Shown piece by piece: positions 7,749 to 18,307 of a DNA stretch of 25,366 bases; within the stretch, counting starts at the first letter, position 1; every line of letters begins with the position of its first letter. This DNA comes from an uncultured Muribaculaceae bacterium (GTDB lineage Bacteria > Bacillota_I > Bacilli_A > RF39 > UBA660): positions 1 through 25,366 of the forward strand of contig CAZGXD010000001.1 in the NCBI GenBank assembly GCA_964529625.1, given 5' to 3'. The translations under genes were made by a program, and so were the position numbers. The notes under the pieces were generated by a model. That model saw only the letters and a program-made list of their open reading frames with translations, did not search any database and was not told where the DNA came from.

Positions 7749-10352
7749 TTAAACTCCTTTATTTTTTTGTTGTTTTTTTAAAATACTTTTCCTAATCCAA
7801 TCAAAGGGAATAACCGTAATTCCTAAAATAATAATAATAATAAATTCACTAATTCTTAAACCTTCTGCTCTAAAAATAGAACCACCATAATAAATAATAT
7901 AGATTTGAATAATGGTTATTAAAGACATAATAATAATAAAGCCTTTGTTTTTATAAAGATTAGCAATTATATTTAAACGATGCGTTCTAGCATTAAAACA
8001 ATTAAAAATTCCTATAAAAATAAACAAGGCAAAAAAGGCAGTCATAAATCTAATTTTATCAAACAAGAAAAAAGATTGTATCCATGGTAATTTTAAAAAC
8101 AAAAGGCAAATTAAAAAGGAATATAAACCAGTAAACATAATTTGACCTAGCATATAATTATTAATAATGTTTTCATCCCTCTTTTTGGGCTTTTCAAACA
8201 TATATTCAGTTAAGGCTGGTTCGCCAGCAAATGCTAGGGCCGCTAGCGTGTCCATAACCATATTAACCCATAACATTTGAACAACGGTAATTGGTGATTC
8301 AACTCCTATAAAAGGTCCAACAATGGAAATTCCAACGGCACACATATTAATTGTTAATTGTAAAATAATAAATTTTCTAATGCTTTTAAAGATAGTTCGA
8401 CCATATAAAATAGCCTTCGATATTGAATTAAAATTATCATCTAAAATAACAACATCTGATGCTTCTTTAGCTACTTCAGTTCCACTTCCCATTGCAATCC
8501 CAACATCTGCTTTTTTTATGGCTGGGGCATCATTAACCCCATCCCCTGTCATTCCTACTACTAAATTAAGAGACTGGGCAACATTTACTAACCGACTTTT
8601 ATCACTTGGTAAGGCTCTAGCTACGACTTTCAGATATGGTAATTTTTCTTTTAATTCTGGTTCTGACATTTTCGCTAATTCTTCACTAGTAATGATTAAG
8701 GAATCCTTTTGTAATAAATCTACTTCTTTAGCAATTGCCACTGCTGTTTCTTTTGAATCTCCAGTTATCATAACAACTTGAATCCCAGCTTTCGTTACTT
8801 CTATTACTGAATCTTTAACTTCTGGTCTTATTTCATCTCTTATTCCTACTAATCCTACTAAGGTTAAGTTCTGCATTTCCCTTTTTTTATTTGGTTGGGT
8901 ACTTGTTGTTGCTACAGCTATAAAACGAATACTTTTTTCAGAAAAATAATTAATTTTTTTCATTAATCTATCTTTATTTAAAAATGATTTTTTCATTCCT
9001 TTTTCATCATAATAAAAACGACATTTATCTAATATTATCTCAGGCATTCCTTTTACTAACGTCGTATTATATTTTCCTCTGACACTAGTCATTGCATATT
9101 TTAAACGACTATCAAACGGAATCTGCTTTTCTTTTCTAATTAAGTTATTAGTTTTCATTGACGATACATATTCTAATAAGGCTCGATCAGTTGTATTGCT
9201 ACCAATGGCGACTTTTTTATAAGAACTAAAAATAGATTGATTATTATATTTTAAGGATATTCCTAATAGTTCAAATAAAGGAGTTGGTTGAACTGGAAAT
9301 TGATCATTATACTCTTTATTATTTCCATCAATAAAAGTTATTACTTGTAATTTTCCTTTTGTTAGAGTTCCTGTTTTATCAGTAAATAAAATATTTAAGT
9401 TTCCAAAGGTTTCAATCCCTAATAATTTTCTAACTAAAATATTATCTTTTAGCATCTTTTTCATGTTTCTTGATAAGACTAAAGTTATCATCATTGGTAA
9501 TCCTTCTGGAACAGCTACCACGACAACGGTTACAGCTAAGGTTATAGCATGAAGAAGATGTCCAATTAAAAGGGCTTTATTACTAATCAAATACTTAATT
9601 TTAAGAATATCAAAATTGGTTTTTAAAAAGAGAATATCAAACAAATAAGAACTAGCAACTAAAAAGGCCCCTAGGTATCCTAATTTACTAATTGTTTTAG
9701 CTAATTTGCGAAGCCGATATTTTAATGGACCTTCCCTTTTTTCTTCTTGAAGTTCTAGTCCTATTTTCCCATAAATGGTCATATCTCCAACTTTTGTTAC
9801 TAACATCGTTGCTTCATTGGCACAAACAACACTTCCTCTTAAGACTTTATTATTATGGGTATCTTTAGTTACTTCTTTTGATTCCCCATTTAGGGCTGAT
9901 TCATCAACTTCTATCGAGCCCTTGATAATAATGCCATCAGCTGGTATTTTATCTCCAGTTTGTAATAATATAACATCGTTTTTTACAACTTCATCAATCG
10001 GGACTTCGATTAAGACATTATCCCTATAAATTCGGCAATTTATTTTAGAGGCTTCAGCTTGTAATTTTTTAAATGAGGCTTCACTTCCATATTCAGATAC
10101 AGTTGATATTAATGATGCTATAAAAATAGCAATTGCTATTCCAATTGTTTCATACCAATCAAAATCACTTAATAAAAATAATGTTTTTACCATTAAGGCG
10201 ATTAATAATATTTTGGTCATAGGTTCCCCTAGACTCTCAATAAATAATTTTAGAAAGGGATTTCTCTTTTTTGTACTTATTTGATTACTCCCATACCTTT
10301 TTCTAGATTCGATTACTTGTTTATTTGATAATCCAATTTGAGTTGCTTTCAA
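7749..10352 (-). CDS. Ca2+-translocating P-type ATPase, PMCA (P2B)-like
   Basis: DKTGTLT phosphorylation site, VAVPEGLP (M4), MITGD, GDGVNDAPA, QLTIN (M5), QMLWVNMVMDTLAALA (M6). Likely start is TTG 10352 after SD AGGTGA, rather than GTG 10361. Confidence 0.93.
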   Translation of the reverse strand: MKATQIGLSNKQVIESRKRYGSNQISTKKRNPFLKLFIESLGEPMTKILLIALMVKTLFLLSDFDWYETIGIAIAIFIASLISTVSEYGSEASFKKLQAEASKINCRIYRDNVLIEVPIDEVVKNDVILLQTGDKIPADGIIIKGSIEVDESALNGESKEVTKDTHNNKVLRGSVVCANEATMLVTKVGDMTIYGKIGLELQEEKREGPLKYRLRKLAKTISKLGYLGAFLVASSYLFDILFLKTNFDILKIKYLISNKALLIGHLLHAITLAVTVVVVAVPEGLPMMITLVLSRNMKKMLKDNILVRKLLGIETFGNLNILFTDKTGTLTKGKLQVITFIDGNNKEYNDQFPVQPTPLFELLGISLKYNNQSIFSSYKKVAIGSNTTDRALLEYVSSMKTNNLIRKEKQIPFDSRLKYAMTSVRGKYNTTLVKGMPEIILDKCRFYYDEKGMKKSFLNKDRLMKKINYFSEKSIRFIAVATTSTQPNKKREMQNLTLVGLVGIRDEIRPEVKDSVIEVTKAGIQVVMITGDSKETAVAIAKEVDLLQKDSLIITSEELAKMSEPELKEKLPYLKVVARALPSDKSRLVNVAQSLNLVVGMTGDGVNDAPAIKKADVGIAMGSGTEVAKEASDVVILDDNFNSISKAILYGRTIFKSIRKFIILQLTINMCAVGISIVGPFIGVESPITVVQMLWVNMVMDTLAALAFAGEPALTEYMFEKPKKRDENIINNYMLGQIMFTGLYSFLICLLFLKLPWIQSFFLFDKIRFMTAFFALFIFIGIFNCFNARTHRLNIIANLYKNKGFIIIMSLITIIQIYIIYYGGSIFRAEGLRISEFIIIIILGITVIPFDWIRKSILKKQQKNKGV

Positions 10353-10412
10353 TATTATCACCTATAAAATAATATTAAAGTTTCTCTTGTTCTAAGACAG
10401 TAATAATTCGAC

Positions 10413-10439
10413 AAAAAAAGCAACTTAAATGTTGCTTTT
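10413..10439 (-). terminator. Intrinsic terminator overlapping the SDR stop codon
   Basis: AAAAGCAAC-ATTTAA-GTTGCTTTTTTT on the minus strand. Confidence 0.75.
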
Positions 10440-11180
10440 CCCTTTTTGAATTTTATAATTTATTTTTAACAATAATTTCCTTGGCAATAGCCTTACCATA
10501 AAAATACTAAGTCGAGTCGTAAGTCCAGGGGTAATAATAGTTTTTCTTTTAAACATTTGTTTTATTGCATATTCACTTACTTTATAACTATCCATAGCTT
10601 TAACTGAAAATTTTATTCCTAAATTTTTATTAAAATTAGTATTGACTGGTCCTGAACACAAGGCTCCTATGTATACTTTACTTCCTTCTTGGCGTAGTTC
10701 TTCATAAATAGCTTCGGTTAAATTTAAAATATAGCTCTTTGTTGCATAATAAGAGGCCATTAAAGGACCAGCTAAAAAGGCAGCTGATGAGGATACATTT
10801 AAAATATAGCCTTGATTTTGTTCTTTAAAATCTTTTAAAAAAAGTTTAGTTAGAGTATGAACCGCTTTTATATTTAAATCGATCATATCTAATTCTTTAT
10901 CAAGATTAGTTTCATAAAAGTTACCAAATACTCCTACTCCTGCATTATTTATTAAGACATTAATTTTTTCTTTTTTAACTTTATTATATAATTTCATACA
11001 ATTAAAGGTACTAGATATATCCATGGTAATTGTTTTTATATTTTTATCTAATTCTTTTTTCATATTTTCTAATCCTTCTTTATCGCGAGCAACTAAAATT
11101 AAGTCATGACCTTGTTTATGAAGAATTCTAGCCATATCTGCTCCCATTCCTGAACTAGCTCCTGTTATTAATATTTTCAT
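10425..11180 (-). CDS. Short-chain dehydrogenase/reductase (classical SDR, DltE-like)
   Basis: TGASSGMG cofactor loop, NNAG, catalytic Ser (SSSA) and YYATK (YxxxK). Confidence 0.93.
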   Translation of the reverse strand: MKILITGASSGMGADMARILHKQGHDLILVARDKEGLENMKKELDKNIKTITMDISSTFNCMKLYNKVKKEKINVLINNAGVGVFGNFYETNLDKELDMIDLNIKAVHTLTKLFLKDFKEQNQGYILNVSSSAAFLAGPLMASYYATKSYILNLTEAIYEELRQEGSKVYIGALCSGPVNTNFNKNLGIKFSVKAMDSYKVSEYAIKQMFKRKTIITPGLTTRLSIFMVRLLPRKLLLKINYKIQKGKSNI

Positions 11181-11203
11181 ATATCTACACCTTCCTTTTT
11201 ATA

Positions 11204-11232
11204 ATTATATATTATAATATTTTAGAATACAA
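11204..11232 (-). promoter_or_regulatory. sigmaA promoter for the SDR gene
   Basis: TTGTAT (11232-11227), 17-bp spacer, TATAAT (11209-11204), then SD AAGGAAGGTG. Confidence 0.65.
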
Positions 11233-11249
11233 CTTTTATTTTATTTAAG

Positions 11250-11270
11250 AAAAAAAGAGTTTTACTCTTC
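11250..11270 (-). terminator. Terminator of the S10-spc-alpha superoperon, overlapping the rplQ stop
   Basis: GAAGAGT-AAA-ACTCTTTTTTT on the minus strand. Confidence 0.65.
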
Positions 11271-11609
11271 TTCTACTAATTTTAAGATAACCATTAATGC
11301 ATTATCACCACGACGTTCATCTAATTTTAATATTTTTGTATAGCCACCTTTTCTATCAGCATATTTGGGTGCTAAAAGGTCAAAAACCTTTTTAGTCGCT
11401 TCCTTATCATTTTGTAGAAAGGCTAATACTTTTCTTCTTGATACTAGGGTTCCTTTTTTACCATGGGTAACCATTTTTTCTAAACACTTACGAACCTCTT
11501 TAGCTCTTGTTTCAGTTGTTACTATTTTTTCATTAATAATTAATTCTTTAGTTAAATTAGCTAACATACTTCTCCTATGTTTATTATCACGGCCTAGTTT
11601 TCTATACAT
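11262..11609 (-). CDS. rplQ: 50S ribosomal protein L17
   Basis: YRKLGR...[29 protein letters not shown]. Confidence 0.98.
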   Translation of the reverse strand: MYRKLGRDNKHRRSMLANLTKELIINEKIVTTETRAKEVRKCLEKMVTHGKKGTLVSRRKVLAFLQNDKEATKKVFDLLAPKYADRKGGYTKILKLDERRGDNALMVILKLVEEE

Positions 11610-11626
11610 AATTTCCCTCCTACCTA

Positions 11627-12577
11627 TTAATCTTCATCTTTAAATTTAAGACCCATTTCTTTTATTTTATCTGATACTTCTTTTAATGATTTTTTACCTA
11701 AATTACGAATTTTCATCATTTCTAATTCGGTTTTTCCAGTTAAATCTTTTAAGGTATTAATATTAGCTCGCTTTAAACAATTATACGCTCGAACTGAAAA
11801 ATCTAATTCATCAACTGACATTTCTAATTTTTTAAGTTTACTATCTTCCTTTTTCGCACTCATAACTCCTGTTAAATCAGTAACTTCACTTAATTCAGTT
11901 AAAATTCTTAAATGCTCTATTAAAATTTTAGACGCCAGGGCTAAAGTATCTTCTGGTCTCATTCCTCCATTGGTATGAACATTTAAGATTAATTTATCAT
12001 AACTATCGTCTTGTCCAACCCGTGCTCCTTCGACTTCATAACTTATTCGTTCAACGGGAGAATATAAAGCATCAATTGAAATATATCCTATTTTATTATT
12101 TTCAAGATTAACTTTATTTTCATTAGAAGGAACATAACCTCTTCCATTAGTTACAATCATTTCCATATCTAATTTCCCACCTTTTGAAATAGTGGCAATT
12201 ACTTGATCTTTATTAATTATTTCAATATCGGTATCCAAATCAATATCAGCTGCTGTTACTACTTGTTCTTTATTGATTGATAATCTTATTATTTTTGATT
12301 CTTTAGAATGATTTTTAATAACAATATTTTTTAAATTTAAAATAATTGTTGTTACATCTTCAACTATTCCCTCAATGGTTTGAAACTCATGCATGACTCC
12401 ATCTATTTTAACGGCTGTAATTGCACTTCCTGGTAAACTAGATAACATAACTCTTCTAAGGGCATTACCAATTGTCGTACCAAATCCTCTTTCTAAGGGT
12501 TCTAATTCAAATTTTCCATAATTATTATTATCTACATATTCAGTAATTTTAAAAATTGGTTTTTCAAAATTTAACAC
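11627..12577 (-). CDS. rpoA: RNA polymerase alpha subunit (316 aa)
   Basis: [25 protein letters not shown] and alpha-[15 protein letters not shown]...RNLGKKSL. Start moved to GTG 12577 (MLNFEKP) after SD GGAG. Confidence 0.98.
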   Translation of the reverse strand: MLNFEKPIFKITEYVDNNNYGKFELEPLERGFGTTIGNALRRVMLSSLPGSAITAVKIDGVMHEFQTIEGIVEDVTTIILNLKNIVIKNHSKESKIIRLSINKEQVVTAADIDLDTDIEIINKDQVIATISKGGKLDMEMIVTNGRGYVPSNENKVNLENNKIGYISIDALYSPVERISYEVEGARVGQDDSYDKLILNVHTNGGMRPEDTLALASKILIEHLRILTELSEVTDLTGVMSAKKEDSKLKKLEMSVDELDFSVRAYNCLKRANINTLKDLTGKTELEMMKIRNLGKKSLKEVSDKIKEMGLKFKDED

Positions 12578-12600
12578 TCTAACACACTCCTTTTCTTTTA

Positions 12601-12984
12601 TTATCCACGGGGTCTTTTTGGTGGTCGACACCCATTATGTGGTATTGGTGTTACATCGGTTATGGAAGTAATTTCTAAGCCAGCAGTTTGAAGAGAACGA
12701 ATTGCTGTCTCACGGCCCGAGCCTAGTCCCTTTACAAATACTTCTACTTTTTTCATTCCAACTTCAGCAGCTGCTTTTCCGGCTGCTTCAGCTGACATTC
12801 CGGCTGCAAAGGGCGTTGATTTTTTTGTTCCTTTAAAACCTAATGTTCCAGCTGATGCCCAGCTGATTGCATTTCCTTCTTTATCACTAATGGTAACAAC
12901 AGTGTTATTAAAAGTTGAATGAATGTATGCTTTTCCTTCTGGAACAGTCTTTTTTATTTTTCTTTTTCTTGGTTTATAAGCCAT
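12601..12984 (-). CDS. rpsK: 30S ribosomal protein S11
   Basis: [31 protein letters not shown]. Confidence 0.99.
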   Translation of the reverse strand: MAYKPRKRKIKKTVPEGKAYIHSTFNNTVVTISDKEGNAISWASAGTLGFKGTKKSTPFAAGMSAEAAGKAAAEVGMKKVEVFVKGLGSGRETAIRSLQTAGLEITSITDVTPIPHNGCRPPKRPRG

Positions 12985-13007
12985 TAGTATCCTCCTTTTA
13001 TCTAAAA

Positions 13008-13379
13008 TTATTTTTTCTTATTAGAAACTTTATTTACTTTTTTATTTCCTTTACGAGTTTTTGCATTATGATTTGTTCTTTGTCCTCTTACTGGTAATCC
13101 ACGTCGATGACGAGTTCCTTGATATGAATTAATTTCCATTTTTGTTTTTATATTCGTATTTATTTCTCTTCTTAAATCCCCTTCAATAGAACATTTATCT
13201 ATTTCTTCTCGAATACGAACTAATTCTTCATTACTTAGATCTTTTACTTTTTTGTTACTATCAATTTTTGCTTGTTTTAATATTTGATTTGATAAACTTT
13301 TCCCTATCCCATATATATAAGTTAATGAGATTACAACTCGTTTATTATCTGGTATGTCTACTCCTTTAATTCGTGCCAT
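13008..13379 (-). CDS. rpsM: 30S ribosomal protein S13
   Basis: [30 protein letters not shown]. Confidence 0.99.
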   Translation of the reverse strand: MARIKGVDIPDNKRVVISLTYIYGIGKSLSNQILKQAKIDSNKKVKDLSNEELVRIREEIDKCSIEGDLRREINTNIKTKMEINSYQGTRHRRGLPVRGQRTNHNAKTRKGNKKVNKVSNKKK

Positions 13380-13392
13380 AAAACACCTCCTC

Positions 13393-13506
13393 TTATCCTT
13401 GTCTCTGTTTATGTTTTGGATTTCTGCAAATCACATATATTCTTCCATTACGTTTTACAATCTTACAGTTCTCACACATTTTTTTTACTGATGGTTTTAC
13501 TTTCAT
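13393..13506 (-). CDS. rpmJ: 50S ribosomal protein L36, zinc-binding type (not in ORF track)
   Basis: Manual translation [37 protein letters not shown] (37 aa), between infA and rpsM. SD GGAGGG. Confidence 0.98.
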   Translation of the reverse strand: MKVKPSVKKMCENCKIVKRNGRIYVICRNPKHKQRQG

Positions 13507-13517
13507 ATAAATCCCTC

Positions 13518-13736
13518 CTAATTTTTCCTATACGTTATTCGCCCACGTGTTAAATCATATGGTGAGAGTTCTACAGTTACTTTATCCCCTGCCAAAACGC
13601 GAATATGATGCATTCGAATTTTACCAGAAACGTGAGCAATAACTATATGTTTATTTTCAAGTTCCACCTTAAAAACTCCACCAGGTAACAGTTCTAAAAC
13701 TTTACCCTCTACTTCGATTGTTTCTTCTTTAGTCAC
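13518..13736 (-). CDS. infA: Translation initiation factor IF-1
   Basis: [36 protein letters not shown] start after SD GGGGTGA. Confidence 0.99.
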   Translation of the reverse strand: MTKEETIEVEGKVLELLPGGVFKVELENKHIVIAHVSGKIRMHHIRVLAGDKVTVELSPYDLTRGRITYRKN

Positions 13737-13740
13737 TTTT

Positions 13741-14487
13741 TCACCCCTTTGTTAAAATTTTAATTCCCTCTTTTGTTACTAATACTGTATGTTCAAAATG
13801 TGCTGAGGGCAAATTATCGGCAGTTACAATCGTCCAACCATCTTCTTTTATATATATTTTACTTGTTCCTAAATTAATCATTGGTTCAACGGCTATAACC
13901 ATTCCTTCTTTTAAAAGGGGACCTGTTTTAGGTTTTCCATAATTCGGAACATCGGGTTCTTCATGAATTTCTTTTCCAACCCCATGCCCGACTAATTCTT
14001 TGACTACCCCATATTTATACTTTTTTATATATTTTGAGATTGCATTACCTATATCACCAACATAAGCCCCATCTTTAATTACTTTTAAACCTTCATATAA
14101 AGATTGTTCAGTATGTTCTAATAATGCTTTATTTTCTAAACTTATTTCTCCAATTGGATACGTCCAAGCTGAATCACCATGATATCCTTTATAACAAGCT
14201 CCAATATCTATCGAAATTATATCACCATTTTTTAATTTTCTATTACTTGGTATTCCATGAACTACTTCTTCATTTATTGAGGTACATATTGAAGCGGGGA
14301 AACCTTCATAACCTTTAAATGATGGAGTTGCCCCTTTTTTTATTATAAAATCATAGGCTAAACTATCTAATTCTTTAGTAGTAATTCCTGGTTTTAAATA
14401 TTCTTTTAAATATTTATGAGTTTCACCGACAATTTTTCCGGCTTTTTCCATTAATTTTATTTCTAATGAAGATTTAATTTTAATCAT
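13741..14487 (-). CDS. map: Methionine aminopeptidase type I
   Basis: [18 protein letters not shown]...GYHGDSA, GHGVG..IHEEP, AVEPM, SAHFEHT. Start moved to ATG 14487, overlapping the adk stop. Confidence 0.97.
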   Translation of the reverse strand: MIKIKSSLEIKLMEKAGKIVGETHKYLKEYLKPGITTKELDSLAYDFIIKKGATPSFKGYEGFPASICTSINEEVVHGIPSNRKLKNGDIISIDIGACYKGYHGDSAWTYPIGEISLENKALLEHTEQSLYEGLKVIKDGAYVGDIGNAISKYIKKYKYGVVKELVGHGVGKEIHEEPDVPNYGKPKTGPLLKEGMVIAVEPMINLGTSKIYIKEDGWTIVTADNLPSAHFEHTVLVTKEGIKILTKG

Positions 14488-15145
14488 TTGCATCCCCATC
14501 TATTATAGTTACTATTTTGTTGAAAATATTTTCCTTAGTATCATTACTATCTATTTCATATAATATTCCTTTATTTTTATAATAATTTAACAATGGTTTG
14601 GTTAGAGTTAAATAAGTTTTTAATCTTGTTTCAAAAGTCTCAAGACTATCATCATTTCTTTTTGTAAGTGGTTTCCCACATTGATCACATTTATTTTCTA
14701 TTAATGGTTTCATTTTTTCATCATTAATATTATAAATAAGATGACAATCATTACAAGTTAAACGTCCTTCTATTCTTTTATATGCTATTTCTTTATCTAT
14801 TTTTAAATAAAAAACATAATTAATCTTTTTGTTGGTTTTCTTTAATAGTTCTTCATATAAATTAACTTGATTTAAACTTCTTGGAAAGCCATCAAGAATA
14901 TATCCTTTATTACAATCTTGTTTATTTGTTCTTTTTCCAACTATTTTTATTGTTAATTTATCATCTATTAAATATCCTTCTTTTAATATCTTATCTATTT
15001 TTTTCCCTATTTCTGTTTTTTCTGCTACTTCTTTTCTTAACATTGCCCCAACAGAAATATGGGGAATTTTATATTTTTTAGAAATCATTTCTGATTGAGT
15101 TCCTTTACCGGCTGCAGGAGGAGCAACAAAAAGTATTATTTTCAT
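14480..15145 (-). CDS. adk: Adenylate kinase with Zn-binding LID
   Basis: P-loop APPAAGKGTQ, GYILDGFPR, LID CxxC...CxxC, RNDD. Confidence 0.97.
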   Translation of the reverse strand: MKIILFVAPPAAGKGTQSEMISKKYKIPHISVGAMLRKEVAEKTEIGKKIDKILKEGYLIDDKLTIKIVGKRTNKQDCNKGYILDGFPRSLNQVNLYEELLKKTNKKINYVFYLKIDKEIAYKRIEGRLTCNDCHLIYNINDEKMKPLIENKCDQCGKPLTKRNDDSLETFETRLKTYLTLTKPLLNYYKNKGILYEIDSNDTKENIFNKIVTIIDGDAND

Positions 15146-16404
15146 TTTCTTCGTCCTCTTTTTCTAGTATAAGTTCTACTTGTTAATTGACTATCAAGTC
15201 CTTTATAAGTTTCAAGGGCAACCCCAACAACAATTAAGAGCCCGGTTCCACCAATTGAAATATTTGCTGGCAATTTTGAAACTATACTAAATATAATAGG
15301 AATTCCAGCAATCGTAGCAAGTGCTAGGGCTCCAACTATGGTTAATTTATAAAGAATTCCATTAATATATTTAATTGTTTCTTCGCCTGGCCTTATTCCA
15401 GGAATATAGCCCCCATTTTTTTGCAGATCTTCTGCCATTTCTTTTGGTTTTAATTGAAGAAAGGTATAAAAATATGAAAAAGCAATTATTAATAAAATGT
15501 AAGCAATAAACCCCGTCGCACTATTAATGGCCATATATTTTTTTACAAAATCAGCATAAGCTGGATTTTTAAGTAGGCTCGCAATAAAAGCAGGAATTGC
15601 TAATAGTGATGACGCAAAGATTACGGGAACTACTCCTGCCGAATTTAACTTAAAAGGAATATAACTTTGTTTTCCTAACACACTTGTTGATTTATTAGCA
15701 TATTGAATCGGAATTCTTCTTTCAGCTGATTGTTCATAAATAACACCAATAACAATTATTAAATATATAATAACAAATAAAATAAAATATAGAATTCCAA
15801 AAGTAGAACTTTTATTTATAAAGGTTTGCCATGCTTCTACAAACATAGTTGGTAAACTAGCAATAATTCCAGTCATTATAATTAAAGAAATTCCGTTTCC
15901 AATTCCTTTAACTGTAATCTGATCTCCCATCCAAAGCAAAAAGGCAGTTCCTGCAGTTAAAACAGTTGCAAATTGCATATATTCTAAAACGGTTCCCGTT
16001 TTAAAAAAAGCAAATGACATTATATAACCTTGAATAAAGGCTAAAACAATACCTAAGACTCTTGTAATTTGATTTAATTTTACTCGTCCAGTATGACCCT
16101 CTTTAGCTAAATCAGCCAAATAAGGAATAATATCCATTTGGGCTAATTGAATAATTATCGATGCACTGATGTAGGGCATAACTCCAAGCCCAAAAATGGA
16201 AAATTTGGAAAGGGCTCCTCCACCCATTACATTAATTAATTCTAGAAAACCTAAACTAGTTGCTCCTAACTGATCTTTATTTACTCCTGGTACAATAATA
16301 GTTGTTCCTAATTTAAAGACAAAAAGAGCAAAAAAGGTAAAGACTATTCTTTTTTGAATATCTTTGTTTTTAGAAGAAAATATTTGTTTAAAATTGGCAA
16401 ACAT
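15142..16404 (-). CDS. secY: Preprotein translocase SecY
   Basis: FSIFGLGVMPYISASII, GIGNGISLII, IPFKLNSAGVVPVIFA, GGYIPGIRPG, GGTGLLIVVGV. Confidence 0.99.
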   Translation of the reverse strand: MFANFKQIFSSKNKDIQKRIVFTFFALFVFKLGTTIIVPGVNKDQLGATSLGFLELINVMGGGALSKFSIFGLGVMPYISASIIIQLAQMDIIPYLADLAKEGHTGRVKLNQITRVLGIVLAFIQGYIMSFAFFKTGTVLEYMQFATVLTAGTAFLLWMGDQITVKGIGNGISLIIMTGIIASLPTMFVEAWQTFINKSSTFGILYFILFVIIYLIIVIGVIYEQSAERRIPIQYANKSTSVLGKQSYIPFKLNSAGVVPVIFASSLLAIPAFIASLLKNPAYADFVKKYMAINSATGFIAYILLIIAFSYFYTFLQLKPKEMAEDLQKNGGYIPGIRPGEETIKYINGILYKLTIVGALALATIAGIPIIFSIVSKLPANISIGGTGLLIVVGVALETYKGLDSQLTSRTYTRKRGRRK

Positions 16405-16405
16405 T

Positions 16406-16849
16406 TTAAATCACCTCAGCTTTTCCACCCATTTTTTCTATTTGAATCTGGGCAGATTTAGAAAATTTATGAGCTTTTATATGTAGTTTTTTTTCTAATT
16501 TCCCAGTTCCTAATACTTTTATCCCTTGTTTTTGTTGTTTAATTAATCCCATATCTTTTAATATTTCAGGTGTAATAAGGGCTTCATCTTCAAATTTATT
16601 TAAATCATTTAAATTTATGACGGCATAAACTTTTTTAAAAAGAGCATTGGAAAACCCTCTTTTCGGGATTCTTCTAAATAATGGAGTTTGACCACCTTCA
16701 AAACCTGGTCTTACGCCACCACCACTTCTAGCCTTTTGTCCTTTATGTCCTCGGCCACTTGTTTTCCCAAAACCACTTCCAGGACCACGACCAACTCTTT
16801 TTGATGTTTTAGTTGCCTTAGGATGAGAATTTAATTTATGTAATTTCAT
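16406..16849 (-). CDS. rplO: 50S ribosomal protein L15
   Basis: [31 protein letters not shown]. Start moved to ATG 16849 (MKLHKL). Confidence 0.98.
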   Translation of the reverse strand: MKLHKLNSHPKATKTSKRVGRGPGSGFGKTSGRGHKGQKARSGGGVRPGFEGGQTPLFRRIPKRGFSNALFKKVYAVINLNDLNKFEDEALITPEILKDMGLIKQQKQGIKVLGTGKLEKKLHIKAHKFSKSAQIQIEKMGGKAEVI

Positions 16850-16850
16850 A

Positions 16851-17357
16851 TTATCTAATCTCCTCCACTGTTTTTCCACGAAGTTCAGCTACTTCTTCAA
16901 TTGTTTTTTGGGCTTTTAGGGCATTAAGGGTAGCTCGAGCAACATTAATTTTAGTTTTAGAACCTAATGATTTAGATAAAATATCTTTTACTCCTGCCAT
17001 TTCTAAAACTGAACGAACTGCTCCCCCAGCTTTTATTCCAGTTCCCTTTAGAGCTGGTTTTAATAATACTTTGCTAGCCCCTTGTACTCCAATTGCTTCA
17101 TGTGGAATTGTTCTTTCTTCAACAAGGGCAACTTTGGTAATATTTTTAGTCGCTATGCCACTTCCTTTTTTAATCGCATCTGGTATTTCGTTAGCTTTTC
17201 CTAATCCTAAACCAACAAGACCATTACGATTTCCTACCACTACTAAAGCTGTAAATCTAAAATTTCTTCCACCTTTAGTAACTTTTGTAACCCGTCTAAT
17301 ATCAATTACTTCTTCTTCATATTGTTTAGGACGTGGTTCTCTTCTTTTATATTCCAT
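16851..17357 (-). CDS. rpsE: 30S ribosomal protein S5
   Basis: [33 protein letters not shown]. Confidence 0.99.
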   Translation of the reverse strand: MEYKRREPRPKQYEEEVIDIRRVTKVTKGGRNFRFTALVVVGNRNGLVGLGLGKANEIPDAIKKGSGIATKNITKVALVEERTIPHEAIGVQGASKVLLKPALKGTGIKAGGAVRSVLEMAGVKDILSKSLGSKTKINVARATLNALKAQKTIEEVAELRGKTVEEIR

Positions 17358-17369
17358 TCATTAACCTCC

Positions 17370-17732
17370 TTAGAATTTTAATCCGTTTTTACGAGCTGCT
17401 TCGGCTAATTCTTTAACCCGCCCGTGATAAAGGTAGCCCCCTCTATCAAATTTTACTTTTTCTATTTTTGCTTCTTTGGCTCTTTTGGCAAGTAAAGTTC
17501 CTACTTTAATCGCTGCTTCTGAATTTCCACCATTCTCAATTTTTAATTCTTTATCGATTGAAGAAGCACTTACTAAAGTATTTTTAGTTTCATCATCAAT
17601 AATTTGAGCAAAAATATTATTGTTTGATCTAAACACATTAAGTCTTGGGACAATGGCTGTTCCACTAATTTTATTTCTTACTCTCTCATGCCTTGCTTTT
17701 CGCATTTTATTACGAGATTCTTTTTTTATCAT
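17370..17732 (-). CDS. rplR: 50S ribosomal protein L18
   Basis: [29 protein letters not shown]. Confidence 0.99.
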   Translation of the reverse strand: MIKKESRNKMRKARHERVRNKISGTAIVPRLNVFRSNNNIFAQIIDDETKNTLVSASSIDKELKIENGGNSEAAIKVGTLLAKRAKEAKIEKVKFDRGGYLYHGRVKELAEAARKNGLKF

Positions 17733-17755
17733 CTAAATCTCTCCTTTACTATTGA

Positions 17756-18289
17756 TTATTTAGCAGCCTTTTTTCCTGCTTTACGGATAACAATTTCATC
17801 TTTATAACGAATTCCTTTTCCTTTATAAGGTTCTGGTTTTCTTATTTTACGAATACTAGCAGCAAACTCTCCAACAAATTGTTTATCAATTCCCCGAATA
17901 ATTAATTGTGTGTTTTTGGGTACCTCAACCGTGATTTCTTTTGGAATTTCAAATTCAACTGGGTTTGAGAAACCAGCTGCTACCACCAATAAATTATCTT
18001 TTAAAGAAAAACGATATCCAACCCCAATTATTTCTAATTCTTTAACAAAACCTTCTGTTACTCCAACAATCATATTATATATAATTGCATTTGTTGTACC
18101 ATGTAAGTCTTTTAAGTTTTCCCCTTTTGGACTAACTTTTAATTCGTTTTCGTTAATTTCCACTATGATACCATCACTTATTTTAGTAGAAAGTTCACCT
18201 TTTGGTCCTTTGACTTTTATTACTTGTTCATCAGCTGATACTGTAACATTTTCTGGAATTGTTATTATTCTTTTTCCAATTCGACTCAT
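17756..18289 (-). CDS. rplF: 50S ribosomal protein L6
   Basis: MSRIGK, KGPKGEL, RKPEPYKGKGIRY. Confidence 0.99.
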   Translation of the reverse strand: MSRIGKRIITIPENVTVSADEQVIKVKGPKGELSTKISDGIIVEINENELKVSPKGENLKDLHGTTNAIIYNMIVGVTEGFVKELEIIGVGYRFSLKDNLLVVAAGFSNPVEFEIPKEITVEVPKNTQLIIRGIDKQFVGEFAASIRKIRKPEPYKGKGIRYKDEIVIRKAGKKAAK

Positions 18290-18307
18290 AATAATCCTCC
18301 TTACTTT

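Noticed and set aside
8323-10029. Plus-strand ORFs 8323-8781 and 9775-10029
   Set aside because: Antisense shadows of conserved P-type ATPase domains.
12578-12600. rpsD absent between rpsK and rpoA
   Set aside because: Normal for Bacilli, where rpsD is located elsewhere.
4951-14487. Shared N-terminal DNA (RTGATTAAAATTAAA, MIKIK) in the MTase and map
   Set aside because: Short A/T-only match, expected by chance at this composition.
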